A DNA stretch of 64,000 nucleotides, taken from the NCBI GenBank assembly GCA_965208675.1, contig OZ242351.1:2720001-2784000 (forward strand), given 5' to 3'. The position numbers and the translations under genes are program-made. Position 1 is the stretch's first letter. Each line of letters opens with the position of its first letter. Shown here in pieces: positions 41,395 through 51,629 of the stretch. This stretch comes from Candidatus Poribacteria bacterium. Its GTDB lineage: Bacteria > Poribacteria > WGA-4E > PCPOR2b. The notes under the pieces are model-generated. The model worked only from the letters and a program-made list of their open reading frames with translations. It was not told where the DNA came from and did no database searches.

Positions 41395-41452
41395 CGGGCA
41401 GACAATTTTTCGGTTGAAAGAGAGGATAAGTGACAGGGTGTATCTGTTACCG

Positions 41453-41580
41453 AACTGTCTGACTCAGGATTTACCGGATTAAAGGATTCTCAGGATAACA
41501 AATTTTTCGCGGGTTGAAAATAAAAAAGGCGAATGGGTTGAACCATCCGCCTTGCGAAGTCTTGTGGGATTGAGTTGCCG
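41453..41580. repeat. Array spacer copy C (repeat + terminator)
   Basis: Matches copy A. Confidence 0.9.
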
Positions 41581-41597
41581 GTTGCTTTAACGTCTGA

Positions 41598-42986
41598 CTA
41601 TTCATAAATTCGCCATGCCCCGTCCTCCTTTCGCATCTTAACAACGTTTTCTACGCTCTCCGGCAACTCTGGCATCTCGTCCAGTAGTTCCGCCCGTAGT
41701 TCTTCCGGCGTATCCCGCATCAGCGGTTCTATCAGTGCTCCAAATTGTGGTAAAGTTGTTCTCACTCGAAAATGGAATTCATCGCCAACATATTCGCTGC
41801 TTACAACCTCGGACCCGCCAAGCACCGGGCCGAACGTCAACTCAATCATCTGCTTGAGCTCTGGATTTTCCTCCATAAAATCTTTCATGTCCGGCAAAAC
41901 ACTTTCCAGCTCTTCTTTAGCAGCCCCTGTCAATAACGGGAGCATTGCCTAAAAGTCTAAATTCTTGGATGCCTCGATATAGGCGTTCATTACCTCTTCA
42001 GCGGATTGTTCCGTGTCTTCAACAACCGCATCGGTACTGATTGAGACATGCTGATCGAAGTCTTGCTGATGTGCGGCTTCTGCGTGTTGTGTTTTGTCCG
42101 ATTGTGCGTCCGCTTCATCGAGTTGAGCGAAGAAGTTTTCAATTTGCTGCATCTCCTCTGCAGAGATTTGTGGTTTGTCTTCAGGCACAGGCGCGACGAC
42201 TGCGCTTTTACGAGCGGCGTCCGTTTGAGCGGCGGAGGTTTCAGCCTCAGTTGGCGTTGAAGCAACAATCTCTACCGTTGGAGTCGAATCTTCTTTCGAC
42301 GAAATGAACTGGCGTGTCCCGATGAAGGCGAGTGCGATGATGGCAACTGCCCCGGCGGTGATTTTGGGAACGGTTCCAACTTTCATGACCGTTAATCCTC
42401 CTGAGTAGATTTGTTTGAGTGTCAACGCGGGAAAGGCGAATACACCAGTGAGTAGATGGCTCAACCGCTTGGCGAGTTTCTGCTTGGCACGCGAAAGCCG
42501 AAACGAAATCGCCTTGTATGACAACCCATGCGTCCGAATCAGTTCGTCGTAGCTGGCGCCTTCAAGAAAGTAGGAGTGAGCGATGTCCCTATCTTTTTGC
42601 GGCAGCGATTCCATGGCACGTCGAATTAGTTCTCTCTGCTCGTCGCGAATCAAGCTTTCGTCAGCAGACTCTGACAACTGAACTGCCCGCTCATCCACTT
42701 CATCAATAGATACGGTGTCCAACCGCTGTTCGCGTAACCAGTTTAAGGCTCGATTTCGCGCAATTTTTGCCAGCCAACTCTTGAGTTTGGTCTGCTCCTC
42801 ATACTGCGCTAAGGCGCAGTAGGCGTTGAGAAAGGTGTCTTGCACAATCTCTTCGGCGTCGTTGGGATTGTTCACGATTCCGATTACAACCGCATAAACG
42901 AAGGCATAATGCGCCCGCATCAATTCAGTGAATGCACCTTCGTCTCCCGCTTGGGCGCGAGAAATGAGCGTATCGTCGTTCCTCAC
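41598..42986 (-). pseudogene. ECF sigma factor-TM-NTF2-like fusion (copy 3) interrupted by an in-frame TAG at 41949-41951
   Basis: LDF*AMLP where paralogs have DFEA; both halves are in the same frame. Confidence 0.85.
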
Positions 42987-43019
42987 CGTAATTCATTCCC
43001 TTCCATCTACGCTATACAG

Positions 43020-43189
43020 AACACAGCTTTTGAGATTTTTCTAGCACTTTTTGGGTATTTAACTGTCTGAATCAGGATTTACCGGATTAAGGGATTCTCA
43101 GGATAACAAAATACACGCGGGTTGAAAATAAAAAAGGCGAATGGGTTGAACCATTCGCCTGGTGAAGTGTTGAGGAATTCGGTTGCGGG
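43020..43189. repeat. Array spacer copy D (promoter GCTAGAA-N15-TGTT, repeat, terminator)
   Basis: Matches copy A. Confidence 0.9.
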
Positions 43190-45073
43190 TCATCGAGAGA
43201 CATCCCATAAAAGCACTGTTCCGTCGTAACTTCCACTCCCCAGCGTGCTCCCATCCGGGTTGAATGCCAGGGTACTAATGTACGACGTATGCCCCTTCAA
43301 GCTTCGTCGCTGCGTCTCCGTCTTGGCATCCCACAGAAGGATGATTGCGTCGGCATCCCCACTCGCAAGCGTTCGTCCATTCGGGCTAAACTCTACCGCG
43401 GTAACATCTGCCGAGTGACCGTTTAGCGTTCTACGGTGCGTCCCCGTGGCAGCATTCCAAAGCTGGACGGAATGGTCGCCGCTCCCACTGGCTATCTTGT
43501 TTCCGTCTGAGCTAAAGGCGACGCTCGTGATGTCCGCGGTATGACCCTTTAGTGTTCGGCGGTGCGCGCCCGTGGCGACATCCCAAAGTCGGATGGTTGC
43601 GTCGGTGCACCCGCTTGCCAACGTCGCGCCGTCTGGGCTGAACGCAAGCGTCGAGCGAGCCGGCCTGTAAACGCGAGGAACGGTGTCCGACGCCTCCCAG
43701 TGCAGGTTATGCAGTTGCGCACCCGTCTCGGCATTCCACAGGCGGATAGTTGTTTCGCCGTTCCAACTTGCTACCGCTGAGCCATCCGGGCTGAACGCTA
43801 TGCTGTGGTCTACGCCGTCATCGTTTCGTAATGTCCGCAGATATGCACCTGTCTTTACATTCCAAAGGCAGACGGAATGATGCCCATTTCCACCTGCTAA
43901 CGTTAGCCCATCCGGGCTAAATGCTATGCTATGGGCCTCTGATAAATACCGGTCCAGTGACCGCTTGTGCTCGCCTGTCACAGCATCCCATAAACGAATG
44001 GGATTCAACCGGCTCGCACTTGCCAACGCCGCACCGTTCGGGTTGAACGCTATGCTAATGACGGGTTTTATATGTCCATCCAGCGTCCCTAAGTGCGTAT
44101 CCGTCACCGGATTCCACAGGCGAATTGTCCCGTCGTCACTCCCGCTTACCAACGTTGCACTATCCGGGCTGAAGACGACATGAGTGACCCAACCCGTATG
44201 TCCTTCTAGCTCCCGCAGCCGTGTTCCTGCCGCGACATTCCACAATCCGATGGTCGTGCCAGGCCCACCACTTGCCAAGATACTGCCATCCGGGCTGAAC
44301 GCGACGCTCGAGACCATAGGTATGCGTTCTTCCAGTTGCCAAAGGTGTACTCCGGTCTTAGCGTTCCAAAGTCGGATGCTATCGCCCCAACCGCCGCTTG
44401 CCAGTACGCTGCCATCTGGGCTGAACGCGACCGCGGTGGCATACTCCGTGTGACCTTCCAGAGTTCGTACAGGTACGCCTGTCTCCACATCCCACAGACG
44501 AATAGTCTTGTCATAACTTGCGCCTGCCAACGTCGAGAAATCCGGGCTGAACGCGGCGGTACCAACGGAATATGTATCTCCCTGCGGAGTACGCAGTTCC
44601 AGTGACCGCGTATGTGTTTTAGTCTCGACATCCCACAGATGAACGGTCGTCTGCGACACACCTGCTAGTGTGCTGCCATCCGGGCTGAAAACCACGTTCA
44701 AGGTGCCCTCTGATTTTGCCTCCAGTGTATGTAGGTGTAAACCCGTCACGGCATCCCACAGACGAACGGTATTGTCCGAACTTCCACTCGCTAGCATGCT
44801 GCCATCCGGGCTGAACACTACGCTCGCCACAATTCCCGAATGTCCGGTGAGCAGAGCTATCTCTTGATGGGTCGTTGTATCGTAGAGCCAGATACCGATT
44901 CCGCTGCCGACTGCAAGCCGAGCGCCATCGGGGGAATACTGTATTTGACCTATCGCCCCCTTTCCGATCCGCGCTACAACCCCTTCAGGCAAACCCCACT
45001 GCGAGGCATCTTGCGAAAAGGCGTTGCACAAGGTCAAGGAGAACAGTATATGCAAGGATAAAACTGTTTTCAT
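43190..45073 (-). CDS. Secreted WD40-repeat protein (about 14 blades)
   Basis: Signal peptide, 'WGLPEG..ARIGKG' leader, GH…FSPDG..LASGS.D.TIRLWD repeats. Confidence 0.95.
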   Translation of the reverse strand: MKTVLSLHILFSLTLCNAFSQDASQWGLPEGVVARIGKGAIGQIQYSPDGARLAVGSGIGIWLYDTTTHQEIALLTGHSGIVASVVFSPDGSMLASGSSDNTVRLWDAVTGLHLHTLEAKSEGTLNVVFSPDGSTLAGVSQTTVHLWDVETKTHTRSLELRTPQGDTYSVGTAAFSPDFSTLAGASYDKTIRLWDVETGVPVRTLEGHTEYATAVAFSPDGSVLASGGWGDSIRLWNAKTGVHLWQLEERIPMVSSVAFSPDGSILASGGPGTTIGLWNVAAGTRLRELEGHTGWVTHVVFSPDSATLVSGSDDGTIRLWNPVTDTHLGTLDGHIKPVISIAFNPNGAALASASRLNPIRLWDAVTGEHKRSLDRYLSEAHSIAFSPDGLTLAGGNGHHSVCLWNVKTGAYLRTLRNDDGVDHSIAFSPDGSAVASWNGETTIRLWNAETGAQLHNLHWEASDTVPRVYRPARSTLAFSPDGATLASGCTDATIRLWDVATGAHRRTLKGHTADITSVAFSSDGNKIASGSGDHSVQLWNAATGTHRRTLNGHSADVTAVEFSPNGRTLASGDADAIILLWDAKTETQRRSLKGHTSYISTLAFNPDGSTLGSGSYDGTVLLWDVSR

Positions 45074-45313
45074 TTGAAGACTCCTTTACAACTAAAATCA
45101 TTGCAATCAACGTTACAGAAAAAACCAATCGCAACATTTCGTCAATTCTACTACGAGTAGAACATGCTATTGGTGGGGTCAATCGTTTTCTTACCGCAAA
45201 AGAATTGTTGCGAACATGGAAGATGGATTCAACAATCAAGTCATAGAGGCATGTTACGGCTTACACAATTTTCGACTGCACTTCAGACCATGGTTCTACA
45301 AGCCCGCTAACAA

Positions 45314-47449
45314 TTACTGATAATCAATGTCATAAATTCGCCATTCATCAGCCTCTTTTCGCATCTTATAAGTCATATCCGGAATTTCCAGGTGGTCGGG
45401 CATCTCCGACAGTTCCATCCCCTCCGGCATTTCTATCCCTTGTAGTTCGGGCATTTCCGATACGTCCGGCATCTCTATTTTCGGTATCGGTATTCTCAAT
45501 TTGAAATGAAATTCATTGCCGACAAATTCACTGCTTACAACCGTTAACTGACTGTATATTGAGCGCAAGCCTGCTTGCACCATGGGATTGTTCATAGAAT
45601 CCTCCATCATCTGAACCGTGCCGTCCGGCATGGAATCTATAAGCTCTTCTGGAAACTCACCGCTAAACACGTCCATGGTACTTTTTACCTCTTCTAGGGC
45701 GGTGCCTGACAAATACGGGAGCATCGTATCAAGGTCAAGATTTTTATGTGCCTCTACAAAGGCGTTCATCACCTCTTCGGCGGATACGCCTGCGCTATCA
45801 ACGCTTAATCGTGCATCCGATTCTTCAGAAGAGAGCAGAGAAGCGCCGCCAACGATGACGGTGTCGCGTTTCTCTGGCGAGAATACATTCGCTGCCAGGT
45901 GCTGCATATCTACATCGGTTACACGCTGGATGGCATCGCGCAGATCCCCGCCATTTAGTTTCAGTTGATACCGGCGGCCAATGCTGAACGCTAATCCGTA
46001 CGGATTTTGCGCCCACATGGCATCCGGTACATCAACTGTGCCCATCATTGCCATTGAGTTTATCGTTAGCTGTTTGTCCGCCGGCGTGAGTTTCGGCGTC
46101 AATGCCGTGTTTAGGCGTTGGTCGAGTTGATCGAGCGCTGACTCAATGTCCGCCTCAATTTGCACGTCGGTCTGGAGCACAAGCGTGGTGCCATCGTCCA
46201 ATGGTGTAAAGTACACAGGCGGTGTTTTGCCCGGCTGAAATGCAGCCTGCGCGCCTGCCCACAAACGTGAGACAACTATCAGGAACGGCGCGTATTCCTT
46301 GCTCCCGGGTCGGGGTGCAGCATATCCAATCGCTGCGACGCCGGTCGTAACGTCGTTCACAGGTTCCGCGGTGATGAAGCGAATTGCCCCGGTCTTCGCT
46401 GCAGGCTTGGGCGGCTTTGCAGGCGGAGGCATACCGGACGGAATCAGGCTGAAGTTTTGGTCAATCAAATGCCGCGCTTCGGCAACGTCAAACCCGCCTG
46501 CGATGACAAGAACGGCGTTGTTCGGCTTGTAGTAATCCTGCCATAACTGCTGCAGTTCACCGAGAGTCATTGTCTCAATGTGCTCGGGCGCACCGCCGAC
46601 CCGTCCGCTTTCGGGGATGGGGTGCACCTGAGCTCGCACACGGTTTATGCCGACCAGCGACGGCACGCCGCTGTACATGTTACTCAATTCTGTCATCACG
46701 CGAGGCACCTCGCGGATTAGATCAGCTAAGGTGATTTGCAAATCGTTCATGCGCGCAGCCGCATCCTTCAACTCCAACGCGAATTGCCCTGCTTCGACGA
46801 CACCTGCAAAAACAGTGTAGTCGAACCCTGTTTGCGCGTTCCAGCCTGCAACATAGCGTTCTTGAAGCTTCATGGCGTCGCGCGCTGGGGTGTCACCGGC
46901 TGCAGCGGTGCAATACAGGTGTTCAAGCAGGTGTGCTCTGCCGGACTTTCCGATCGGGTCGTGGTCTCCGCCCAAATTGAACAGCACTACAACCGCCACT
47001 TGGCTTGACGTGGGAACAGGACGTAGAATGACTGTCAGCCCATTGTCCAGTTTGTACGGGGTTGGTATCTCAGAATTCGAAATTGTAGCGGCGGCGTTCA
47101 TCGAACTCGGTTGACCGGGCGAATTGCCGACAACCCCCGTTCCGGGCTCACCGGCAACCGTCGGCGGTTTGGAGGCATCAGCAACGAGTTCAACCGGAAT
47201 CTCTCCAATCATTGTCATCTGGATATCGCTGGGGTACGGTGAACTGGCCAGATCGCCGCGCGCAGCGGCTGGACGGAGCAATTGACTGAAAAACATAAAG
47301 GTAAGCACAATCCCGACTGCTGCTGAACCGATGAACGCAGGCAACGGCTTTGTTGAAATTGGTTGCACTTTGGTTGACTTAATAGCTTCCACGATTCGGA
47401 ACGTAAAGCCTGACTGTAATTTTCTCTCTGTAAATGTGGTGTCTATCAT
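45314..47449 (-). CDS. Sigma-less TM-M16 peptidase-NTF2-like protein, the intact remainder of an ECF-M16 gene
   Basis: Open from internal SD AAGGAGGAG-N9-ATG (47449); AHLLEH intact; closely similar to 38619-40796. Confidence 0.75.
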   Translation of the reverse strand: MIDTTFTERKLQSGFTFRIVEAIKSTKVQPISTKPLPAFIGSAAVGIVLTFMFFSQLLRPAAARGDLASSPYPSDIQMTMIGEIPVELVADASKPPTVAGEPGTGVVGNSPGQPSSMNAAATISNSEIPTPYKLDNGLTVILRPVPTSSQVAVVVLFNLGGDHDPIGKSGRAHLLEHLYCTAAAGDTPARDAMKLQERYVAGWNAQTGFDYTVFAGVVEAGQFALELKDAAARMNDLQITLADLIREVPRVMTELSNMYSGVPSLVGINRVRAQVHPIPESGRVGGAPEHIETMTLGELQQLWQDYYKPNNAVLVIAGGFDVAEARHLIDQNFSLIPSGMPPPAKPPKPAAKTGAIRFITAEPVNDVTTGVAAIGYAAPRPGSKEYAPFLIVVSRLWAGAQAAFQPGKTPPVYFTPLDDGTTLVLQTDVQIEADIESALDQLDQRLNTALTPKLTPADKQLTINSMAMMGTVDVPDAMWAQNPYGLAFSIGRRYQLKLNGGDLRDAIQRVTDVDMQHLAANVFSPEKRDTVIVGGASLLSSEESDARLSVDSAGVSAEEVMNAFVEAHKNLDLDTMLPYLSGTALEEVKSTMDVFSGEFPEELIDSMPDGTVQMMEDSMNNPMVQAGLRSIYSQLTVVSSEFVGNEFHFKLRIPIPKIEMPDVSEMPELQGIEMPEGMELSEMPDHLEIPDMTYKMRKEADEWRIYDIDYQ

Positions 47450-47792
47450 TGCAATTGACTCCTCCTTCAGTTTGGTTCTGGCTCGCATCAGCCAGTCGTT
47501 GACGGTATTGACGGAACGCTCAAACACTGCGCAATCTCTTTAGTAAATAGCCCCCTAGTATTTAACCCTTTGCTACGGGTAGAGAGATTCTGATACACTT
47601 AAAAAACATTACGTGCGCGGCATCCTCATCATTAATTAAGTTACTCAGCTTTGCGTAAGCGAGAGCGTAGACGCTCGACTTGTATTTATCAAAGAGCAAG
47701 GCAAATGCCGCCGATTCTCTATTAAGGCATTTTCCGATGATGTATCCATCTTCCGTGTACACGCTGCTGCTCCTCTCACTGAACGACTTCAT
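47450..47792 (-). pseudogene. Decayed ECF sigma moiety of the second ECF-M16 gene
   Basis: MKSFSERSSSVYTEDGYIIGKCL… then frameshifts/stops; about 220 nt shorter than the intact paralog. Confidence 0.85.
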
Positions 47793-47885
47793 TTTGTAAG
47801 ACAATGCAAAAGACTGAAAAATTACAAGGGTGGACAATTTCTGGGCGGAAAGAGAGGATAATTATTGAGGTGAATCTGTTGCCAA

Positions 47886-47990
47886 ACTGTCTGAATCCGT
47901 ATTTACTGGAATAAAGGATTCTTAGGATAACAGATTTGTCGCGGGTTGGAAATAAAAAAGGCGAATGGGTTGAACCATTCGCCTGGTGTA
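47886..47990. repeat. Array spacer copy E
   Basis: Matches copy A. Confidence 0.88.
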
Positions 47991-48058
47991 TCGGGGCAAG
48001 GAAACTCCTCATACCAATGTCTACAGTACTCATCCGACAGTTAATCGGTACTATGGAA

Positions 48059-48940
48059 TTATTCAGGGGAAGCCGAGTCGAAAGTGAAGCGCGTCTTCTG
48101 TGTATTTAGGGTCCCCTGGCGTTCGAGAAACTCGGCTAAAGGTTTAATATCTTCAATTGCGGTTTCTAAATTTTCAATCTCCTTGGCATGTTTTTCAGGG
48201 GAATGGTCTTTTAGCATCTGCTTTTTTAATTCGAGAAACCGAATAATCTCTGGAATCGTGCCTTCTTTCTCACGAGAAAGACGAAAAAAGAGTTCCTCCC
48301 ATTCTTTTGTGAGAGGGTGTCCATGAAACGCGAGCGCGCTGAATGAGACAAGTTCCGCCCTTGCAGCTTTCGGGTCCGTCTGGAGCAGTTCATGAAATGC
48401 ATGCAAATGCTCTTGCCCGACCTTGGTGTCCAAGATCGCCCCTGTTTTTGACGGCTCCTTCTGTTCATCCTGTTCCCGCGTTTCAAGAGTTGGCTCTGAA
48501 CGTTCCCACATTTTTTTCAACTCATCGTAGTGTTCCAGCATTTTGCGGTGGTGTTGTATCTGTCTGGCAAACTCCCGGGCATTGATGTGTGTCAACATTC
48601 GGATTTCCAATTCGGACACCCGTTTGAGATCCGAAAGATGTTCAGTACCTTCTCGGCTAAGGCGAAAGTAGAGGGGCACCCATTCTTCAGCGAGTGCGTG
48701 TCCGCCAAACATTTTTTTTGCAACGTTTTGGAGTTCTGAGCGGGCTGCTGCAGGGTCGGTGGGCAGGCGTTTCTTAAATGTGTCGAGGTGCTCTGTCCAA
48801 AGTGTGCAGTCTATACGATACGGTTGAGAACGTGCAGGCCTCAGGTGTGGGGGTTCTGTGGGTTCACCTGAATGACCAAAAGAAAGAGATCCAATGCTGC
48901 AAAAAGTTAAGTAAAGCAAGCAAGTGATTATATACCTCAT
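48059..48940 (-). CDS. Secreted helical hypothetical protein with an internal duplication
   Basis: Signal peptide; two copies of EHL..F…L.TDP.AAR.EL…F.GH.L..EW..L.FRLSRE. Confidence 0.8.
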   Translation of the reverse strand: MRYIITCLLYLTFCSIGSLSFGHSGEPTEPPHLRPARSQPYRIDCTLWTEHLDTFKKRLPTDPAAARSELQNVAKKMFGGHALAEEWVPLYFRLSREGTEHLSDLKRVSELEIRMLTHINAREFARQIQHHRKMLEHYDELKKMWERSEPTLETREQDEQKEPSKTGAILDTKVGQEHLHAFHELLQTDPKAARAELVSFSALAFHGHPLTKEWEELFFRLSREKEGTIPEIIRFLELKKQMLKDHSPEKHAKEIENLETAIEDIKPLAEFLERQGTLNTQKTRFTFDSASPE

Positions 48941-49047
48941 GATTCACTCCTTTTGAGGAAGGTGTTTTGCTCTCAGTATAACGGTGACGAAAGTAGTGTA
49001 GGTACGATAGGTTTGAACTTTCTGATACTGTCGGATAGAGTTGCGAG

Positions 49048-49551
49048 CTAGTCTAATGTTTCACTGTCATAAATTCGCCACACGCCATTCTCTTTTCGCA
49101 TCTTGATAATCTAATTCGAGGCGGTCACTTTTGAGATTGCCATTCCTGATATCTCCGGCATCTCGGGCGGCGGTCCGCCCATTTTGAAGTGGAATTCATC
49201 CCCAACATATTTGCTACTCACAACTCCTAACCGACTAAAATACTCAAGTACAGTTTGTTCAACCATCTGACGCATCTCAGCCGGCATTTCCGGTACAATT
49301 TCCGGATCCATGAGCGGGAAGCCCATTACCGCAGCCTTTTCAAACTCCTCTTTGGCAGTCCCTGTCATTAGCGAACCCATCGCCTCAAAGTCCATATTCT
49401 TAAACGCCTTCACGAAAGTATTCATCACATCTTCAGCAGATTGAGACGTGCTCCCTGACGGCATTTCCACATCTTTTTTCTCCGATACACTCAATGAACA
49501 GCCGTTAACAAACAAAGGCAAACAGACAAGGCTCACAATCAAAAATCGCAT
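49048..49551 (-). pseudogene. Stand-alone NTF2-like array domain as a lipoprotein, in-frame TAG at 49111-49113
   Basis: SD AAGGAG, lipobox VNGC; SAEDVMN…VGDEFHF; frame continues *IIKMRKENGVWRIYDSETLD*. Confidence 0.8.
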
Positions 49552-49768
49552 TTTCTCTCCTTTGTGGTAGTAGCGATTGGTAGACAAACCGTGTATGGCA
49601 TTAGCGACAGGTTGCTTATCGCGGGAAGCTAGGAATGATTTGAGCATGCATCCACGTACATGTAATGACATTGACTACAACAAATTTTTGACCGCCACTC
49701 AGAAAAATGAAGTTGTCGTGAGGAGGCAAGAGTTCAGCCACAAGCCGATTATTCACCATCGGCTGCGT

Positions 49769-51271
49769 TCAATCGGATACTGATTCGCGCGAGTCCAATA
49801 TCTCACTCTCATAAACCCGCCACGCGCCATTCCCTTTCCGCATCTTGAAAAGTGTATTTGGCACAATGACGTCTGAGATTTCTATCCATGTAATCTCCGA
49901 CTTATCCGGCGCTGGTCCTCCCAATACAAAGTGAAATTCATCGCCGACATATTCGTTACGCACCACATCTAGCTGACTGAGAGATTTCAGCCACACGTTT
50001 CGCATCTTCCGCTCAAATGCCCCACTTCTTATCTCTTGTTCAATACTCCGCATCTGCTGTTCAGCCATCTGACGCATCTCAACCGGCAAATCCGACAAAT
50101 CTTTTAGCCTATCTAGCAGTTTAGCTAGTTCAGCCGGGTCTAGGATTGGGAAGTTGCCTGTCGCCGCCATGGCCCACTCTCCTTTGATGCGTCCTGTGGA
50201 TAGAGAGTGTACCGCTTCAAAGTCAAGATTCTGAAACCCTTTCACATAAGCGTTCATCACTTCTTCTGCGGATAAGTCCGTGTCTTCTGCTACAACAGGT
50301 GAATCGGTGTCGCCTAATTCGGAATCCTGATTAGATGCTTCATCTGTTGCTAGTTGTGGCGAATCTGCCTCCGATTGTGCGTCTGCACCCTCAAGTTGAG
50401 CGAAGAAGTCCTCAATCTGCCCCATCTCCTCCGCTGAAATTTGCGGCTTACCCTCACGCGAGGGTGCGGCGAACGTACCTTTACGCGTGGCGTCCGTTTG
50501 TGAGGCTAGGTTTGCAGACTCAGTTGATGTTACAATCTCGACCGTAGGGGAGTTATCCTCTTTCGACGATATGAACTGGCGTGTCCCGATGAAAGCGAGT
50601 ACAATGATGGCTACCGCACCGGCAGTGATTTTGGCAACTGTTCCAACTTTCATGACCGTTAATCCTCCTGAATAGAAATTTTTGAGTGAGGTTATCGGAG
50701 AAACGAACACACCGCTGAGCAGATGCTCCAACCGTTTGGCAAGTTTCTGTTTGGCGCGCGAAAGTCGAACCGAAATCGCTTTGTAAGACAGTCCGTGCGT
50801 ACTCATTAGTTCGTCATAGTCCGCACCGTCAAGGTAATAAGAGTGAACAATCTCCCGCTCTTTTGGAGAAAGCGTTCCAAGTGCGCGTCGAATCAGCTCC
50901 CTCTGTTCACTGAGAATCAACTGTTCGTCTGGCAATTCTTGCGTCTTGACGGTGGATTTACCGATTTCATCAAACAGGCTTAATTCGTCTATAGGAACAG
51001 TATCAATCCGTTGTTTTCTCAGCCAACTTCGTGCGCGATTTCGAGCAATCTCTGCGAGCCAAGTTTTGAATTTTGACCTCTCCTCATACTGCGCCAAACC
51101 ACGGTAGACGTTGAGAAAGGTGTCCTGGACAATCTCTTCGGCGTCTTGGGGGTTGTTCACCATATCGATGACGATTGCATAAACGAAAGAGTGATATGCC
51201 CGTATCAGATCGACAAATGCACCTTCATCCCCAGCTCGCGCGCGACAAATGAGTGCGCTGTCATTATCCAC
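49769..51271 (-). CDS. ECF sigma factor-TM-NTF2-like fusion (copy 4)
   Basis: Same architecture; upstream promoter AGTAGAA-N15-CGTT. Confidence 0.93.
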   Translation of the reverse strand: MDNDSALICRARAGDEGAFVDLIRAYHSFVYAIVIDMVNNPQDAEEIVQDTFLNVYRGLAQYEERSKFKTWLAEIARNRARSWLRKQRIDTVPIDELSLFDEIGKSTVKTQELPDEQLILSEQRELIRRALGTLSPKEREIVHSYYLDGADYDELMSTHGLSYKAISVRLSRAKQKLAKRLEHLLSGVFVSPITSLKNFYSGGLTVMKVGTVAKITAGAVAIIVLAFIGTRQFISSKEDNSPTVEIVTSTESANLASQTDATRKGTFAAPSREGKPQISAEEMGQIEDFFAQLEGADAQSEADSPQLATDEASNQDSELGDTDSPVVAEDTDLSAEEVMNAYVKGFQNLDFEAVHSLSTGRIKGEWAMAATGNFPILDPAELAKLLDRLKDLSDLPVEMRQMAEQQMRSIEQEIRSGAFERKMRNVWLKSLSQLDVVRNEYVGDEFHFVLGGPAPDKSEITWIEISDVIVPNTLFKMRKGNGAWRVYESEILDSRESVSD

Positions 51272-51304
51272 TGTGCTTCGTTCCTCTCTTGTACCTTAAC
51301 CAAA

Positions 51305-51600
51305 ACGCCGTTCTGCGATTTTTTCTACTACTTTTTTGGGTATTTTCTGTCTGAATCAGGATTTACTGGAGTAAGGATTTACACAGCTGAACACCCAAAG
51401 GTTCGTAGTAGGACAATTTAATGCCCGTTTTTACTTAAAAATATGTCAGGTCAAGGGTGTGAAGGACATACCGGACGCGCAATAAATTACGCTACTACAA
51501 GCTGAACTGCCTATGTCCTAGGAATACAGGCTTTTCAGGATAAAAAAATTTTCACGGGTTGAAAATGAAACAGGCGAATGGGTAAAAATAATTGCCTAGC
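51305..51600. repeat. Array spacer copy F, split by a REP-like insertion (about 51385-51525)
   Basis: First half 51348-51382, second half about 51527-51597; insert has GTAGTAGGACAATTTA…TAAATTACGCTACTAC arms. Confidence 0.75.
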
Positions 51601-51629
51601 GAGGGGCTGGGGTGAGAGACGTTGGTTGT

